Positions 43,151 to 45,650 of a stretch of DNA of 45,650 nucleotides are shown piece by piece. The translations under genes were made by a program, and so were the position numbers. Positions within the stretch are counted from its first letter, which is position 1. Each line of letters starts with the position of its first letter. Source of the DNA: a virus; the IMG/VR virus record IMGVR_UViG_3300005096_000116, positions 1-45,650 of that record; one strand, written 5' to 3'. Below the pieces are notes generated by a model, which saw only the letters and a list, made by a program, of their open reading frames with translations, was not told where the DNA came from and searched no databases.

Positions 43151-43417
43151 GTGACAATGATGAAAACTGAAATACAAATAGAAATACTACCATTCACAGT
43201 TCCTGGTTACGTGGAGGAAAGGATAGCGGTCAAAGCTGCACCTACACTTGCACATTCAACTGTATACCAGGGGTCAGATCCTAGTGAGTATCAACCATCT
43301 CATCGAACTTTTGCGTTGCGTGAGTTAAGTGCTAATGATTTAAATAAATTATGTAATGACTTCACGAATTCAGTGTTCAAAGCCGCAGGTAAAAATCAAC
43401 CACCGCGCCAAGGATAA
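43151..43417 (+). CDS. Hypothetical protein (88 aa in track; likely ATG 43157/43160)
   Basis: ORF track; 25-nt leader identical to that of the next gene. Confidence 0.55.
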   Translation: MTMMKTEIQIEILPFTVPGYVEERIAVKAAPTLAHSTVYQGSDPSEYQPSHRTFALRELSANDLNKLCNDFTNSVFKAAGKNQPPRQG

Positions 43418-43432
43418 ACACAAAACAACAAG

Positions 43433-43621
43433 GTGACAATGATGAGTAAGAAAGTATTTGATATCGAGTTCATAAAATCGACAAAGAACATGCACGTCTA
43501 CGGTGATCTCAGTGGTGCTGAAGTTCTCATTCCCAGTGTGTATATGAGAAAGTCCGGTCTACCTACTAAACCGCCACAGCGCATCACTGTGACACTTGAC
43601 TATGAGGTGGAGAAGCCATGA
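43433..43621 (+). CDS. Hypothetical protein (62 aa in track; likely ATG 43439/43442)
   Basis: ORF track; identical 25-nt leader. Confidence 0.55.
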   Translation: MTMMSKKVFDIEFIKSTKNMHVYGDLSGAEVLIPSVYMRKSGLPTKPPQRITVTLDYEVEKP

Positions 43622-43719
43622 ACATATGGGAGTTCTTAGATAAGAACGGTAACTGGGTTGTGATCGCTATAATCATTCTTATAGCTGTACTGGGTAAAGA
43701 ATTTGGTGAATGTTTATGA
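43618..43719 (+). CDS. Very small membrane protein (33 aa)
   Basis: Hand translation MNIWEFLDKNGNWVVIAIIILIAVLGKEFGECL; ATGA overlaps at both ends. Confidence 0.4.
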   Translation: MNIWEFLDKNGNWVVIAIIILIAVLGKEFGECL

Positions 43720-43910
43720 GCGTATCACTGTACGACATCGAACAGGCAGTCTTAGAAGCAAATCGGCAATTGAACCGAGTCAGAGATAACGCAAGTTCAA
43801 TGGTCGATTTAATTACCGGTAACCTGCGACATGTACCTGCTTATAAACTGAAGCGGTTGAAAAAGGAGCTGCGTGATTTTAATATGCACACTGGGGAGTG
43901 GAAGTCGTGA
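43710..43910 (+). CDS. Hypothetical protein (66 aa)
   Basis: ORF track. Confidence 0.5.
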   Translation: MFMSVSLYDIEQAVLEANRQLNRVRDNASSMVDLITGNLRHVPAYKLKRLKKELRDFNMHTGEWKS

Positions 43911-44074
43911 CCGAACAATATAATTCCAAACTTACACAGTGCGGATGTGATATCTGTGAAGAAAAAGCATTGAAACTTTTGACATGGGTTAATGAAGTTT
44001 GCAATAAATACCCTACGCCTGACAAATCATACTGTGAGAACAGTTACAAAATAGCTGATGTTCCGACAACATGA
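43907..44074 (+). CDS. Small Cys-rich protein (55 aa, GTG start, below the track cutoff)
   Basis: Hand translation (M)TEQYNSKLTQCGCDICEEKALKLLTWVNEVCNKYPTPDKSYCENSYKIADVPTT; GTGA and ATGA overlaps with neighbours. Confidence 0.4.
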   Translation: MTEQYNSKLTQCGCDICEEKALKLLTWVNEVCNKYPTPDKSYCENSYKIADVPTT

Positions 44075-45650
44075 ACCCCGACTTCATCTTCAATGTAACA
44101 ACCGGCGACATCAGCTACGATATTGAAACATTCCCCAACGTCTTCACCATCAAGCTGCTGCACAAGACAACACGTCGTCGTTGGTACTTTGAGATAAGTT
44201 ATCGAAGGAACGATATCGTATCGTTCTGTCGCTTCATCGATGTGCTGGCACAGCAAAGTGTACGCATGGTTGGGTACAACAACATCGGGTTCGACTACCC
44301 GGTGATTCACTTCATCTATCGTAACCAGCACGCAGGCATCGGTGCTGCTGAGATTTATGAGAAAGCAATGTCGATCATCAACGCACATGGTCCAGCCAGG
44401 TTCGCTCACATGGTGTGGGAATCTGAGTGGTTAGTTGAGCAGATTGACCTATATAAGATCCACCACTTCGACAACATAGCAAAAGCCACCAGTCTGAAAG
44501 TGCTTGAATTCAACATGCGTATGGACAGCATTGAAGATCTACCGTTCCCCGTTGGTACTGTGCTCAATGATGAGCAGGCTGACACACTCGCTGAGTACAA
44601 TGAGCACGATGTCGATGCGACTGATATGTTTCTGGAACGTACACAGCCACAGATCAAACTACGTGAACGACTGAGTGAACAGTTCGGCAAGAACATGATG
44701 AACATGAGTGATGTCAAGATGGGTGAAACCATTCTGGTCACCGAGATGGAGCGACGTGGCATTTCATGCTATGAGTACGTCGGTAATAAGAAAGTCAAAC
44801 GTCAAACTAAACGTGAATCAATTGATCTAGGTCAAGTCATCTTCCCTTATGTGAACTTTGAATCACAGGCGTTTCAGCAGATTAAAATATACCTGGAATC
44901 CAAAGTTATCACCGAGACGAAAGGTGTGTTCAAAGGACTCATCGCTACCATTGATGGTCTAGATTACCACTTCGGCACCGGCGGTATGCACGCATCGGTT
45001 GAGTCTCAGGTGGTGCATACTACTGATACACACCAGCTGGTTGACGTAGATGTGGCTGGTTTCTATGTACAAATGGCTATTAAAAATAAACTTTATCCGG
45101 AGCATCTTGGTATTGAATTTTGCGAGGCTTATAAAGGTGTATCAGATACCCGTAACACGTTTAAAAAAGGCACACCGGAAAACGAAGCGTTTAAATTAGC
45201 AGGCAATGGTGCGTATGGTGGTAGTAACAATGACTACTCACCATTCCTTGACGCAAAGTACACTATGACAATCACCATCAACGGTCAGCTACTACTGTGC
45301 ATGTTGATTGAACAACTGGTGAAGGTTCCTGGGTTGCGTATGATACAGGCGAACACAGACGGCGTGACGTACTTATGCCCGCATGATTATCTTGAGCACA
45401 CCAGTTCATTGTGTCGGTGGTGGGAAGGTGTCACTAAACTTGAGCTTGAAGAAGCACTGTATAATCGTATGTTCATCAGAGATGTGAACAGTTACATCGC
45501 TGAGAAGACTGACGGCAAACTTAAACGCATAGGAGCATACGCACATGTCACAGCAGAAGAGAACCCAGGCACCAGGGAACTTCCGTATCACAAGGACTGG
45601 TCATCGAGAGTGGTTGCCCTGGCAGCTGAGGCTGCTCTTGTTAGGGGCGA
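44071..45650 (+). CDS. DNA polymerase, family B-like with a DEDD 3'-5' exonuclease domain, N-terminal part (open at the window end; continues at 92..557)
   Basis: Hand translation from ATG 44071. ExoI YDIETFPN, ExoII YNNIGFDYPVIHF, ExoIII YNEHDVDAT. Pol motif A DVDVAGFYVQ (D..S/G-L/F-Y), motif B KLAGNGAYGG (K...N..YG), motif C QANTDGV (DTD-like). No stop before 45650. Confidence 0.85.
   Translation, partial: MNPDFIFNVTTGDISYDIETFPNVFTIKLLHKTTRRRWYFEISYRRNDIVSFCRFIDVLAQQSVRMVGYNNIGFDYPVIHFIYRNQHAGIGAAEIYEKAMSIINAHGPARFAHMVWESEWLVEQIDLYKIHHFDNIAKATSLKVLEFNMRMDSIEDLPFPVGTVLNDEQADTLAEYNEHDVDATDMFLERTQPQIKLRERLSEQFGKNMMNMSDVKMGETILVTEMERRGISCYEYVGNKKVKRQTKRESIDLGQVIFPYVNFESQAFQQIKIYLESKVITETKGVFKGLIATIDGLDYHFGTGGMHASVESQVVHTTDTHQLVDVDVAGFYVQMAIKNKLYPEHLGIEFCEAYKGVSDTRNTFKKGTPENEAFKLAGNGAYGGSNNDYSPFLDAKYTMTITINGQLLLCMLIEQLVKVPGLRMIQANTDGVTYLCPHDYLEHTSSLCRWWEGVTKLELEEALYNRMFIRDVNSYIAEKTDGKLKRIGAYAHVTAEENPGTRELPYHKDWSSRVVALAAEAALVRG
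45560..45650. repeat. Second copy of the 91-bp terminal duplication
   Basis: Identical to 1-91. Confidence 0.95.

Noticed and set aside
1-45650. Lysogeny or defence cargo: integrase, CI/Cro-type switch, toxin-antitoxin pairs, restriction-modification genes, retrons
   Set aside because: No recombinase, methyltransferase, reverse transcriptase or recognisable toxin motif was seen in any ORF of 60 aa or more. Small early ORFs remain unassigned, so absence of anti-defence genes cannot be claimed.

Overview
The window is a complete, circularly closed tailed dsDNA phage genome. Bases 1-91 repeat exactly at 45560-45650, so the unique length is 45,559 bp and the DNA polymerase gene runs across the window junction.

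Layout:
- Minus-strand late operon (31787 down to 4137): small and large terminase, portal, scaffold, major capsid, decoration protein, an accessory LamG / PhoD-like phosphoesterase / secreted-protein cassette, tail tubular A/B-like proteins, T7 gp13-16-like internal (ejection) proteins including a 2314-aa polyvalent giant, tailspike, M15 endolysin, holin-like membrane proteins.
- Plus-strand early/replication arm (32608, through the junction, to 4127): HNH endonuclease, many small ORFs, an Hfq homologue, an NrdR-like zinc ribbon without ATP-cone, an N4 gp49-like protein, a DUF2800-like nuclease, a DUF2815-like SSB, tRNA-Gln, a family-B DNA polymerase, VRR-NUC, an SNF2 helicase.
- This arm is interrupted by an inverted minus-strand island (36119-39660) carrying the primase-helicase.
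- The two arms diverge from an 820-bp non-coding, repeat-dense hub (31788-32607).

I saw no integrase or lysogeny module, CRISPR array, reverse transcriptase or rRNA.

Most interesting:
- mimics of two host global regulators in the early operon (Hfq and cone-less NrdR);
- the repeat hub, whose CGACAC half-sites could be their or another factor's targets;
- the PhoD-like/LamG/secreted cassette inside the structural operon;
- predicted effector domains (ART-like, HExxH zincin, ParB-like) inside the giant ejection protein;
- an endolysin ORF without a canonical start codon;
- a 19-bp-stem hairpin between a terminator and the tRNA.

All family assignments come from motif recognition by eye. No database search was run.
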